NCBI GenBank assembly: GCA_964584205.1
Contig: CAZOZF010000002.1
Span: 160 to 64,159, forward strand
Length of the DNA stretch: 64,000 nt
Reading direction: 5' to 3'
Source of the DNA: an uncultured Verrucomicrobiota bacterium
GTDB taxonomy: Bacteria; Verrucomicrobiota; Kiritimatiellia; CAIKKV01; CAITUY01
A program made the position numbers and the translations under genes. The notes under the pieces were generated by a model. The model was not told the origin of the DNA. It was given only the letters and a program-made list of their open reading frames with translations, and did not search any database. Shown piece after piece: positions 47,346 through 56,881 of this stretch; the stretch's first letter is position 1; each line of letters begins with the position of its first letter.

Positions 47346-48386
47346 ATGAACCGTATGAAAGCCTTGGTAAAGCGCAACGCCACTCCAGGTCTTTGGCTGG
47401 AGGATGTGCCCTTTCCTGAGGTTGGGATTAATGATGTCCTGATCAAGGTATTCCGGACTGGGATTTGTGGCACTGATTTGCATATATACAACTGGGATGC
47501 ATGGGCTCAGAAAACCATCCCGGTTCCCCTCGTGATTGGTCATGAATTTGTCGGGACGATTGTGGAGGTCGGGGCGAACGTGAAGGATTTTCATTCTGGC
47601 GATATTGTCAGCGGGGAAGGACATGTTGTTTGTGGGCGATGCCGGAACTGCCTGGCCGGACGTCGTCACCTGTGCAAGGATACCCAGGGCGTGGGGGTTA
47701 ACCGGACTGGGGCGTTTGCGGAGTATCTGGCGTTACCCGTAACCAATGTGTGGGGACATGCGCCGGGGCTCGATCGTGATATCCAGTCCATTTTCGATCC
47801 CTTTGGGAACGCTGTTCATACCGCCCTTAAATTTGAATCGCTGGGGGAAGACGTCCTCATCACTGGAGCCGGGCCCATCGGAATCATGGCGGCGGCTGTG
47901 GCCAAGCATGCCGGGGCCCGGTATGTTGTCATTACGGATACCAATCCCTACCGACTCGATCTGGCCCGGAAAATGGGGGTGACGTTGGCGGTCGATCCGA
48001 CCCGGGAGAGTCTGCCAGAGGTTCAGAAGAAGCTCGGCATGAAGGAAGGGTTTGATATCGGATTGGAAATGAGCGGGAATCCTGGCGCCTTTCGTGATAT
48101 GCTGGCCAACATGGCACACGGGGGCAAGATTGCGATGCTGGGTATCCCTCCGGAATCGGGCACCATGGACTGGAATAAGGTCATTTTCAATATGTTGACG
48201 ATCAGTGGGATCTACGGGCGGGAGATGTATGAGACCTGGTACAAGATGACAGCGCTTTTGCAGTCCGGACTGGATATTAGCCAGATTGTGACCCATCGAT
48301 TCCACTATACGGACTTCCAGAAAGGGTTTGATGCGATGCTTTCAGGGAACTGCGGGAAAGTGGTGCTGACCTGGTGTGAGGGGTGA
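47346..48386 (+). CDS. tdh: L-threonine 3-dehydrogenase
   Basis: Colinear similarity to E. coli Tdh along the full length ([58 protein letters not shown]...[21 protein letters not shown]...[25 protein letters not shown]); ggagg RBS ~9 nt before this Met (ORF-track start 47277 is too far upstream). Confidence 0.93.
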   Translation: MNRMKALVKRNATPGLWLEDVPFPEVGINDVLIKVFRTGICGTDLHIYNWDAWAQKTIPVPLVIGHEFVGTIVEVGANVKDFHSGDIVSGEGHVVCGRCRNCLAGRRHLCKDTQGVGVNRTGAFAEYLALPVTNVWGHAPGLDRDIQSIFDPFGNAVHTALKFESLGEDVLITGAGPIGIMAAAVAKHAGARYVVITDTNPYRLDLARKMGVTLAVDPTRESLPEVQKKLGMKEGFDIGLEMSGNPGAFRDMLANMAHGGKIAMLGIPPESGTMDWNKVIFNMLTISGIYGREMYETWYKMTALLQSGLDISQIVTHRFHYTDFQKGFDAMLSGNCGKVVLTWCEG

Positions 48387-48389
48387 TAT

Positions 48390-49577
48390 ATGCTTACTCA
48401 TTCCTTCAAGTTGCAATTGAGCGGGACGATGGAAGAGATACGCGGCGCGGGCCTTCTTAAGAACGAGCGGATCATCGCGTCCCCGCAACGCCCCAGACTC
48501 AGTACCTCTGTCCGGGCTGAGGTGCTCAATATGTGTGCCAATAACTATCTCGGGTTGGCCTCCCATTCCGAGGTGATTGCCGCAGCCCATGCCGCTCTCG
48601 ATCAATGGGGCTATGGTATGGCCAGTGTCAGGTTTATTTGTGGCACCCAGCCATTGCATAAGCAGTTGGAGCAGGCCTTAAGTGATTTTCTCGGAATGGA
48701 GGAAACCCTTCTGTATTCCTCCTGTTTCGATGCGAACGGTGGGTTGTTTGAAACCCTGCTTGGCGAGCCGGACGCCGTTATTTCTGACGAACTCAACCAT
48801 GCCTCGATCATCGATGGGATCCGCTTGTGCAAAGCCAGGCGTTACCGCTACCTGAACAACGATATGGCCGACCTTGAGGCCCGGCTCCGGGAGGCTCTGG
48901 ATGCGCGTCATCGCTTGATCGCCACCGATGGGGTTTTCTCGATGGATGGCACGTTGGCCAACCTGCCGGCAATCTGTGATCTGGCTGAACGTTATGATGC
49001 GATGGTTATGGTTGACGATTCCCATGCCGTTGGCTTCATGGGTGCCCATGGCCGGGGAACGCACGAACATCATGGGGTGATGGGGCGGGTGGACATTATT
49101 ACCGGCACGCTCGGAAAGGCGTTGGGTGGCGGCTGCGGTGGGTATACCAGCGCCCGTGCCGGCATAGTTCAGTTGCTTCGTCAAAGGTCACGCCCTTACC
49201 TTTTTTCCAATTCCCTGCCACCCCCGGTCGTCGGGGCTTCTCTGAAAGTCATGTCGATGTTGGTTCATTCGGCCGAACTGCGTGACCGGTTGGAGTCCAA
49301 TGCCCGCTTTCTCCGTGAGGGCCTTGCCCGGGCCGGATTCACACTGGTTTCCGGCGTTCATCCGATTATTCCGATTATGTTGGGCGATGCCGCCCTGGCA
49401 ACGCGTATGGCAGACCGGCTCCTTGAGAAGGGCGTCTATGTGATTGGTTTCTCTTATCCGGTGGTGCCCGTTGGAAAGGCTCGTATCCGCGTGCAGGTTT
49501 CGGCCGCCCATACGCGTGCCGATCTGGAGTTCGCGCTTCAGATGTTTACCGAAGTGAAGCAAGAGTTCGGTGTTTAG
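48390..49577 (+). CDS. kbl: 2-amino-3-ketobutyrate CoA ligase (glycine C-acetyltransferase), PLP-dependent
   Basis: Kbl/AONS-family signature ([46 protein letters not shown]...[15 protein letters not shown]; FSMDG lysine region); immediately downstream of tdh. Confidence 0.93.
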   Translation: MLTHSFKLQLSGTMEEIRGAGLLKNERIIASPQRPRLSTSVRAEVLNMCANNYLGLASHSEVIAAAHAALDQWGYGMASVRFICGTQPLHKQLEQALSDFLGMEETLLYSSCFDANGGLFETLLGEPDAVISDELNHASIIDGIRLCKARRYRYLNNDMADLEARLREALDARHRLIATDGVFSMDGTLANLPAICDLAERYDAMVMVDDSHAVGFMGAHGRGTHEHHGVMGRVDIITGTLGKALGGGCGGYTSARAGIVQLLRQRSRPYLFSNSLPPPVVGASLKVMSMLVHSAELRDRLESNARFLREGLARAGFTLVSGVHPIIPIMLGDAALATRMADRLLEKGVYVIGFSYPVVPVGKARIRVQVSAAHTRADLEFALQMFTEVKQEFGV

Positions 49578-49591
49578 GAGTAACAGCCCGA

Positions 49592-51823
49592 TTGAAAATG
49601 GTTTTGCTAGCAGGGATGTGCGCGTGTGTTGGCGTGGGTGGTGTTTCTGGCTCGAGCCAGGCGATTCCGTTTCCGGAGGCGTTGCAGGATGCCGCGATGT
49701 CGGTTGCCAAAATGACGGACGGGCAAAGCGAAGGACTGATTGTCGGCAACGGCGACCTGTACGGGGTGGTCTGGGAGAAACAAGGCGGGCTTTTCCTGCG
49801 GATCACCCGCAATGAGATCTGGGACGCGCGGCTTGATACTTCAAAAGATGGTCCTATTTCCCGGGTGAATGTCCGATCCCGGGCGGTGACTGGTACGACG
49901 GGCGCTCCGCCAAGTTATGGCTCTCCTTATCCCCAGCCACGGTGTGCGGCCGCTATCCGAATCGGGGGTGCGGCGCCGGCGCTCGCTAAAGGGGATGTGG
50001 ATTTGCGGCGGGCGGTCATGACGGTGACGTCCGGCAACAGCAAATGTACCGAGATCCGGGCCCTGGCCGACCGGAATGTAATGCTTATCAATACGGCAGG
50101 CAAGGTGGCGATAGAGGAGATCCTTTCCGGAACCCTGCCCCGGGCCAAGGCCGGAACCACCGACGGTGTCGCCTGGCTGCATATGGTGATGCCCGGGGAT
50201 GTCGACTATAAGGGGATGGAATACAGTGTCGCGGTGGCAGGTGATGGGCGGATGAAAACCGTTTCACTTGTCACATCATTTGACGTAGCTACAGGGGATG
50301 TGTGCCGTGCCGCGATTGCCTTGGCCACCAAGACGCTCGACGAGGTGAACAAGAGCCCGGACGCGTTGATCGCGAAGCATGAGGGGGTTTGGGTTGATTA
50401 CTGGGCCCGCAGCGGTATTGCGCTGGCGGATCGGGACTTTCAGCGTTGGTGGTACCGGATGTTGTATTTTGCGCGGACCATCTGTCAGCCCGGTGGCCGG
50501 TTCCCGCCGGGCCTGATGCCACCTCTGGTAACGGATAACACACCTTGGCATGCGGATTTCCACTTCAATTACAACTCATGGCAGCCGTTCTGGTCGGTTG
50601 TTTCGGCGAATCATGCTGACCTTGCGGATTCGTGGCTTACCTACGTTGATGGATTGTTGCCGCGGGCGCAGTGGCAGGCCAGGGAAATCTATGGCTGTGA
50701 CGGGGTCTTCTATTCGATTTCCCAGTATCTGCACGAACCGGATCCGGCCATCTGTAAGAGTGTCAACAAGCGGGCCGGACCGATGAATCCGTGGGGAATG
50801 ACCATCGGTATGGTGGGAATGACGGCCCAGAGTCTGTGGCACCGGCACCTGTGCGATCCGGATCGCGCCATCCTGGAAAAGAAGATCTACCCGACGTTGA
50901 GGGAAGCGGCGCGGTTTTATGTTTCCTTCATGAAGCAATGCGGCAGGGATGCGGATGGGAAAGTCTTGCTGGGGCCATCGTACAGTCCTGAGCATGGTAA
51001 TATGGGTATCGACAATTGTCCCTTTGATATTGCCTATGTTCATTACACGTTTGAGGCCTTTTGCAAAGCCGCCCGTGAGCTGGGTAAGGATCCGGCGCTG
51101 GTGGCAGAGTGCCAGGACATGAAGACGCTTCTTTCCGAATACCCTGTGGCGTTGGATGCCCAAGGACAACCGGTTGTCGTGGACTGGCGAGGCTGTAAGT
51201 ACAAAGAAGTCCCCATTCATAATCTGACCGTTCCGGCGGCGCCTGTGTTTCCCGGCGAGCAGGTGACCTGGTTCTCTCCGGAGCCGGTCAAGGAGTTGTT
51301 TCGCCGCACCATTCGTGACACCCGGTTCAATGGCAATAATTCACACGTCATATTTAATATTGCCAAGGCCCGTTTATCCATGCCTGAAGCGTTATCTGAT
51401 GCCCGGCAATGGTTTAAAAGCCGGGAGCTGCACAATGGTCTGTTCGTTTGGCAGGGACATGAGCATGGGACTTTTATGACGGAAAGCATCGGGGTTACGG
51501 CGCTGGTAACCGAATTCCTGATGCAGAGTGTGGGGGATATCATTCGGGTCTTTCCTTGTTGGCCGAAAGACCAGCCCGCTTCGTTCCGCCAATTGCGGGC
51601 GCAGGGCGGCTTCCTTGTGTCTTCCAGTCAGCAGGCGGGCAAGGTGGTTATTCTGGAAATCACCTCGACCGTCGGCGGGCGATTGCGGGTGTTGAGTCCG
51701 TGGCCGACGCTTATGGTAAAGTGCGGCCTTGATGGGGCGAAGCTCATGAACCCTGATGCTCAAGGTGTCGTGACGCTGAGTACGCAGCCCGGCGAGCACG
51801 TGGTGTTTGGACCGGCGGAGTGA
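49592..51823 (+). CDS. secreted GH95-like (alpha/alpha)6-barrel glycosidase, divergent from canonical GH95 (paralog 1 of 2)
   Basis: Signal peptide; N-terminal LIVGNGDLYGVVW...RNEIWDARL and the block WHADFHFNYNSWQPFW echo GH95 motifs (GNGRLGAMVFGG; DYHxNINxQMNYW) at low identity; tandem paralog follows. Confidence 0.6.
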   Translation: MKMVLLAGMCACVGVGGVSGSSQAIPFPEALQDAAMSVAKMTDGQSEGLIVGNGDLYGVVWEKQGGLFLRITRNEIWDARLDTSKDGPISRVNVRSRAVTGTTGAPPSYGSPYPQPRCAAAIRIGGAAPALAKGDVDLRRAVMTVTSGNSKCTEIRALADRNVMLINTAGKVAIEEILSGTLPRAKAGTTDGVAWLHMVMPGDVDYKGMEYSVAVAGDGRMKTVSLVTSFDVATGDVCRAAIALATKTLDEVNKSPDALIAKHEGVWVDYWARSGIALADRDFQRWWYRMLYFARTICQPGGRFPPGLMPPLVTDNTPWHADFHFNYNSWQPFWSVVSANHADLADSWLTYVDGLLPRAQWQAREIYGCDGVFYSISQYLHEPDPAICKSVNKRAGPMNPWGMTIGMVGMTAQSLWHRHLCDPDRAILEKKIYPTLREAARFYVSFMKQCGRDADGKVLLGPSYSPEHGNMGIDNCPFDIAYVHYTFEAFCKAARELGKDPALVAECQDMKTLLSEYPVALDAQGQPVVVDWRGCKYKEVPIHNLTVPAAPVFPGEQVTWFSPEPVKELFRRTIRDTRFNGNNSHVIFNIAKARLSMPEALSDARQWFKSRELHNGLFVWQGHEHGTFMTESIGVTALVTEFLMQSVGDIIRVFPCWPKDQPASFRQLRAQGGFLVSSSQQAGKVVILEITSTVGGRLRVLSPWPTLMVKCGLDGAKLMNPDAQGVVTLSTQPGEHVVFGPAE

Positions 51824-51847
51824 TGTAGTCGGAAATTGGAGGTTAGC

Positions 51848-53962
51848 ATGAGGAAACTGGGCATTGGGGCCGTTCTAATAAGTGCCGTTCTGTCGGCGCA
51901 GGGTATGAACTACAGCGGGGTTTTTACCGAGCCGCCGAAAAGTGTTCCAACCTACTACATGCCTGATGGGCCCCTGCTGGGGAACGGCGATGTCGGTGTC
52001 GTGCTGGCAGGTCCACCGGAAGAGCAGCGTTTTTACATCGGCAAGAATGACTGGTGGGGGTATGGCGATGGCTCACGCGCGATGCCGGCCGGCGGATTGA
52101 CGCTTGCGATAACCGAGTTGAAAGGCGCGAGCTACCGGCAGGAACAGGATTTGGCTTTGGCGGAAGTCCGAGGCTCGTTCACCAATGGCGAGGTGGTGGT
52201 GCAGACACGGTCGTTTGTTGATGCCGAGTCCAACCTGCTGATAACGGAAGTGAAGTGCGCCGGGACAAAGCCGGTGACGGCCGTTTTTTCACAGAGAAAC
52301 GGTTTAGATGATCCCTGGGGAACCCGACGGACAAGTATTCCATCCGGCATCCTGTGTTGTACACGGGTGAGCGGGGATGCTCCTCCTGAAAAGAGGATGG
52401 AGATAGGGGTCGTGAGCCGCATCATCGGTGGAGCGCTGGTCGTGGACAGCGCAGGCACAATAACGTTGACCCTCAAAGCAGGCGAAGTCGTAACGATTGT
52501 AACGTGTGTGCTCTCCAAACTGGACGATCCTGGTTTTCTTGAGTCGGCAAAAAAGAAAGTGTCAGCATTGGAGATAAAGGACTTTCGGTCCATTTCAATC
52601 AAGCACAGGGAGTGGTGGAAGAATTTCTGGTCAAAATCGTTTATAGAGATTCCCGATAAGGAGATTGAGAAGCGCTGGTACGCAGCCTTGTATGTGATGG
52701 GGTCTTGTAGCAAGGCGGGGAAGGTCGCGCCCGGGTTGTGGGGGTGCTGGGTCACCATTTTTGCCCAATGGCAGGGCGATTATCACTTGAATTATAATTT
52801 TCAGGCGCCGTATTACATCGTCTATTCCAGTAACCATGCCGATTTGTCAGCCCCCTATTATCGGGCGATCCTGGAGTCGGTGCCTCGAGCCAGAGAGGTG
52901 GCAAGGAAGAACGGGTGGAAAGGCGTGCACTTTCCAGTATGTATTGGTCCCCGGGGTATTTTTCCGGAGGGGGAAAGGGATCATGGACAGCGTTCGAATG
53001 CCGCGTATGTGGCCTTGAATTTCATCTGGCAGTACCAGTATACGAAGGATAAGGAATTCCTGAAGACGACGGCCTATCCGTATCTGCTGGAAGTGGCGGC
53101 ATTCTGGGAGGATTACCTCAAGCTGGAAAACAAACGGTATGTGATCTACAAGGATGCCATCCATGAGGGGTCAGGCGATAACATAAACCCGATTCTCTCG
53201 CTGGGGCTTGTCAGGACACTTTTCACGAGCCTGATATCCATGAGCAAGGATATCGGTGTGGATGAGGCCCGGCGTGCGAAGTGGCAGGACATCCTGGACA
53301 AGCTCAGCGCATTCCCGTTACAGGAGCGCAATGGGAAAACCGTGTTCCGTTATACGGAGAAGGGGTTGGATTGGTGGAAAGACAACACTCTGGGTATCCA
53401 GCATATCTTTCCGTGTGGCACCATCGGCCTGGACAGCGATCCAAAGCTGCTGGAAATCTGCCATAACACAATTGACGAGATGGGGCGTTGGGCTGATTAC
53501 AACGGCTTTTCATCGTGGTATACCGCCTGTGCCCGTATCGGGTACGATCCCAAAACGATCCTGACGAAAATGCGTACGGAGTGTGATAAGCATTCCTTTC
53601 CGAATCTCCTGCTATTTTATGGTGGTGGCGGAATAGAGAGTTGTGGTGGCTTTCTGGCGATCAACGAGATGTTATTGCAGAGCCATGAGGGTGTGCTCCG
53701 CTTTTTCCCTTGCTGGCCCAGGGATCAGGATGCCCGCTTTGGGACGCTGCGCGCTGTGGGTGCCTTCCTTGTCAGCGCCGAGCTGAAGAATGGCGTGGTC
53801 GGCGGCGTGAAGATCATCAGTGAGAAGGGGGCCGATTGTACCGTGCAGAACCCCTGGCCCGGCAAGAAGGTGACCATCTCCGGCCGGAAGCCGCTTGAGG
53901 GCGCGCGGTTCACGTTCAAAACCAAGCCGGGCGAAATCATGGAATTGCGGCCGCAAACATGA
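51848..53962 (+). CDS. secreted GH95-like (alpha/alpha)6-barrel glycosidase (paralog 2 of 2)
   Basis: ggagg RBS 5 nt before the ATG at 51848 (the ORF track began at an upstream TTG, 51836); signal peptide MRKLGIGAVLISAVLSAQG; LLGNGDVGVVL...KNDWWGYGDG, WQGDYHLNYNFQAPYY; colinear with 49592..51823. Confidence 0.6.
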   Translation: MRKLGIGAVLISAVLSAQGMNYSGVFTEPPKSVPTYYMPDGPLLGNGDVGVVLAGPPEEQRFYIGKNDWWGYGDGSRAMPAGGLTLAITELKGASYRQEQDLALAEVRGSFTNGEVVVQTRSFVDAESNLLITEVKCAGTKPVTAVFSQRNGLDDPWGTRRTSIPSGILCCTRVSGDAPPEKRMEIGVVSRIIGGALVVDSAGTITLTLKAGEVVTIVTCVLSKLDDPGFLESAKKKVSALEIKDFRSISIKHREWWKNFWSKSFIEIPDKEIEKRWYAALYVMGSCSKAGKVAPGLWGCWVTIFAQWQGDYHLNYNFQAPYYIVYSSNHADLSAPYYRAILESVPRAREVARKNGWKGVHFPVCIGPRGIFPEGERDHGQRSNAAYVALNFIWQYQYTKDKEFLKTTAYPYLLEVAAFWEDYLKLENKRYVIYKDAIHEGSGDNINPILSLGLVRTLFTSLISMSKDIGVDEARRAKWQDILDKLSAFPLQERNGKTVFRYTEKGLDWWKDNTLGIQHIFPCGTIGLDSDPKLLEICHNTIDEMGRWADYNGFSSWYTACARIGYDPKTILTKMRTECDKHSFPNLLLFYGGGGIESCGGFLAINEMLLQSHEGVLRFFPCWPRDQDARFGTLRAVGAFLVSAELKNGVVGGVKIISEKGADCTVQNPWPGKKVTISGRKPLEGARFTFKTKPGEIMELRPQT

Positions 53963-53987
53963 AGAACCTTCTTAAGGAGATGCTAAA

Positions 53988-56453
53988 ATGAAGAAAATCT
54001 TATGCAGGACCGTGATGCGTTTCATCCTGTTGGTGCTTTTGCCTTCCAGCATGATGGGAGCAGGCTCTGCTAACATGCAGTTAAGACGCACGGTCAATCT
54101 TGACGGCCCGTGGCAGATTGCCCAGGGCGGTATGGATAAGGTTCCTGATAAATTCGAGCATACGGTCCCGGTGCCCGGTCTGGTGGATCTGGCGACCCCG
54201 GCGTTTAGTGACGTTGGCATCCGGACTGGCGTGCGTAGCGCCTTCTGGTATCGGAGGACGTTCACGCTGGAGGGCAAAGTTCCTTCCGTGGCCACGCTTA
54301 AAATCGGCAAAGCCATGTTCGGGGCAAGTGTGATTCTGAACGGCAAGTCGCTCGGGGAACATCTGCCCTGTTTCACGCCCGGATTGTTCAACGCGCGCGA
54401 GGCGCTGAAAGCTGGCGAGAACGAAGTGGTCATCCGCATCGGTGCGACCCGGGAATCCTTGCCGAATACCATGCCCAGCGGTTTTGACGAGGAGAAGAGC
54501 CGTTACATTCCTGGACTATTCGATTCCGTCGAGTTGCTGCTATCGGGGACGCCCGCCATCGTCAACGTTCAGGTTGCGCCGGATGTGACCAACCAGCAGG
54601 CTCGGGTGCGTCTCTGGCTGGCGCAGGTGACGGAGGGGGAGGTGACCGTTGAAGTGAGCGAGGCGAAGTCAGGCAAGGTGGCTGGCAAGGCGACAGGTCG
54701 CCTGGTGCCCGGTGTGGAGCAAACGCTGGATATGGTTGTGCCGCTGACCCAATGCCAGCTGTGGTCGCCGGAAACCCCATTCCTGTATGAGCTTACCGCC
54801 AGGACGCCTGGGGACAGCTTCACGACGCGCTTCGGGCTGCGCGAGTTCCGGTTGGATCCTGTAACAGGACGGGCAATGCTCAATGGCAAACCCTATTTTA
54901 TGCGCGGCAGCAATTTTACCGTGTACCGGTTTCTTGAGGACGCTGACCGTGCGGCGTTGCCCTGGGATGAAGCCTGGGTGCGCCTGCTGCATAAGCGCGT
55001 GAAAGATATGCACTGGAACTCCTTACGCTACAGCATCGGGTTCCCTCCTGAAGCCTGGTACCGAATTGCAGACGAGGAAGGTATCCTGATCCAGGATGAA
55101 TTCCCCATTTGGAAGCTGCCGGATACCGTGAAGACACCTGAACTGGCGAAAGAATATGAAGAGTGGATGCGCGAACGGTGGAACCATCCTTGCGTTGTGA
55201 TCTGGGACGGTAATAATGAGACATGGACCGACCAGACGGCGCCCGCGATCAAGCAGGTGCGCGGTCTCGACATGTCAAACCGTCCATGGGACAACAGCTA
55301 CCAGTACCCGGCGGAGCCTGGTGATGTGTACGAGGCGCACCCTTATCATTTCAATGAGAACAACTTCATACTGGCTGATCTCGCTACTGCCGATAAAGTT
55401 CCGCAGGGGAACGTTACGAGGAACGACAGTAAACATGCGGTGATCATCAACGAGTATGGTTGGCTTTGGTTGACCCGAGACGGCCTGCCCACGACGCTCA
55501 CCAAGAAACATTATCAGCGATGGCTTGGAAAAGATTCCACGGTAGAGCAGAGGCGGAACCTCTATGCGCGCTATCTTGCGGCGGACACGGAATTCTGGCG
55601 TGCCAATCGCAAGGTTGCAGGGGTGATGGAATTCTCGTCGTTGAGCTATTCACGTCCAAATGGCCAGACCAGCGATCATTGGCTTGATGTGAAAAAGCTG
55701 ACCTGGGAGCCTGAGTTCTATCATTATGTGAAGGACGCATTCGCTCCGGTGGGACTCATGCTCGATACCTGGCGTGAGCGCTGGATGATCGGGGAGACGG
55801 CGACGTTTCCGGTTGTGGTCGTCAACGATCTGGAAAAGCCGTGGAAGGGACAGGTTCAGTTTTGCCTTAAGAAACAGGACAAGGTCATTGCAAAACAGAA
55901 ACTTCCTGCTGAGGTGGCAGGTCTGGGCACCAACCGGATTGAGTTTGCCTCGTTAGTCTTGAAGGAAGGCGGTGACTATGTTGCGGAAGCCACTCTGCTG
56001 GATACGCCCGACGGTCCGGTGAGCAGTGTGCGCCACTTCACGGCTTATACGCCGGCGCAGATAGGTCTTGCATACGGCAAACCAGTAAAGGCCTCATCTT
56101 CTGAAAATGCGAGAAACTGCACATCGCCTGACGCCGTGACGGATGGACGCCCTGACACCGGCTGGATGTCACAGGCATCCGATCCGCAGTGGATCGCCGT
56201 TGATCTCGGAGCTTCAACCAAGATCAGCCGGGTGGAGTTGATGTGGGCGCTGGCGTCCGGTGGCGGTTATGCGATCCAGGTTTCGGATGACGGTCAGAAT
56301 TGGACTGATGCTTATAAAACCAATGAAGGCCGGGGCGGCAATGAGACGATAACGTTCAATCCGGTGAGTGCGCGATGGGTTCGCGTTTACGGAACTCGCA
56401 GAAACACCGGCTGGGGATACTCGATGTGGGAGATTCGCGTGTTCGAGAAATAA
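53988..56453 (+). CDS. secreted GH2-like glycosidase with C-terminal F5/8 type C (discoidin) domain
   Basis: Signal peptide; GH2-type sugar-binding N-terminus and TIM-barrel blocks (NGKPYFMRGSNFTVYRF..., WNHPCVVIWDGNNE); C-terminal discoidin-like domain (PDTGWMSQASDPQWIAVDLGASTKISRVELMWA...WEIRVF). Confidence 0.7.
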   Translation: MKKILCRTVMRFILLVLLPSSMMGAGSANMQLRRTVNLDGPWQIAQGGMDKVPDKFEHTVPVPGLVDLATPAFSDVGIRTGVRSAFWYRRTFTLEGKVPSVATLKIGKAMFGASVILNGKSLGEHLPCFTPGLFNAREALKAGENEVVIRIGATRESLPNTMPSGFDEEKSRYIPGLFDSVELLLSGTPAIVNVQVAPDVTNQQARVRLWLAQVTEGEVTVEVSEAKSGKVAGKATGRLVPGVEQTLDMVVPLTQCQLWSPETPFLYELTARTPGDSFTTRFGLREFRLDPVTGRAMLNGKPYFMRGSNFTVYRFLEDADRAALPWDEAWVRLLHKRVKDMHWNSLRYSIGFPPEAWYRIADEEGILIQDEFPIWKLPDTVKTPELAKEYEEWMRERWNHPCVVIWDGNNETWTDQTAPAIKQVRGLDMSNRPWDNSYQYPAEPGDVYEAHPYHFNENNFILADLATADKVPQGNVTRNDSKHAVIINEYGWLWLTRDGLPTTLTKKHYQRWLGKDSTVEQRRNLYARYLAADTEFWRANRKVAGVMEFSSLSYSRPNGQTSDHWLDVKKLTWEPEFYHYVKDAFAPVGLMLDTWRERWMIGETATFPVVVVNDLEKPWKGQVQFCLKKQDKVIAKQKLPAEVAGLGTNRIEFASLVLKEGGDYVAEATLLDTPDGPVSSVRHFTAYTPAQIGLAYGKPVKASSSENARNCTSPDAVTDGRPDTGWMSQASDPQWIAVDLGASTKISRVELMWALASGGGYAIQVSDDGQNWTDAYKTNEGRGGNETITFNPVSARWVRVYGTRRNTGWGYSMWEIRVFEK

Positions 56454-56743
56454 GTATGCATGGGGAAATATTGGGGAATGCCATCTGCCCGAAATGAAAA
56501 TGTTTCACTTCATAAAGTGCAGGTTACGTGCCGAAACGAATCAGGCCATTTCAGTTTTGTTTTTAGCCCTGGTGTTTTCCGCGGTGAAGGCGGAATGTGT
56601 GGAGACGTGTCCTGTGTCGAAATACACGGCGGTGTTCACGGCACCGCCAAGGTTTAACCCGCCGCTGGACTCGCAGGGGAGAGCTGCAACATCGACAATC
56701 CGAGGGCAAATAAGGCTGTCAGTCTATATGTTTTCAGTTTGGC

Positions 56744-56791
56744 GTGACTCGAATAACTCGGAAATTGCGCCGATTCGCTCTGTTCAGGTGG
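56744..56791 (+). promoter_or_regulatory. conserved upstream motif copy F (gtgactcgaataactcggaaattgcgccgattcgctctgttcaggtgg)
   Basis: ~91 bp upstream of the 56882 start; lies in the only long (~430 bp) relatively AT-rich intergenic gap of the island. Confidence 0.45.
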
Positions 56792-56881
56792 GCTGCCCTG
56801 TGTAAACGTATAAGTCAGTAACGGATACACTTGAGCGGGAATGATCATGGCTTGTCAGAAGATGAACTGTGGACATAATGG

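Noticed and set aside
49578-49620. Weak resemblance to the conserved upstream motif (cccgattgaaaatggttttgctagcaggg) spanning the start codon of the first GH95-like gene
   Set aside because: Only partial matches to the 5' and 3' boxes, and it overlaps the coding start, so it was not counted as a seventh copy.
56494-56805. Possible small membrane/secreted ORF (MKMFHFIKCRLRAETNQAISVLFLALVFSAVKA..., ~104 aa) in the 430-bp gap before the SGNH esterase gene
   Set aside because: No RBS, atypical low GC, and it overlaps the position of conserved motif copy F. More likely a non-coding promoter/leader region, so it was not called as a CDS.
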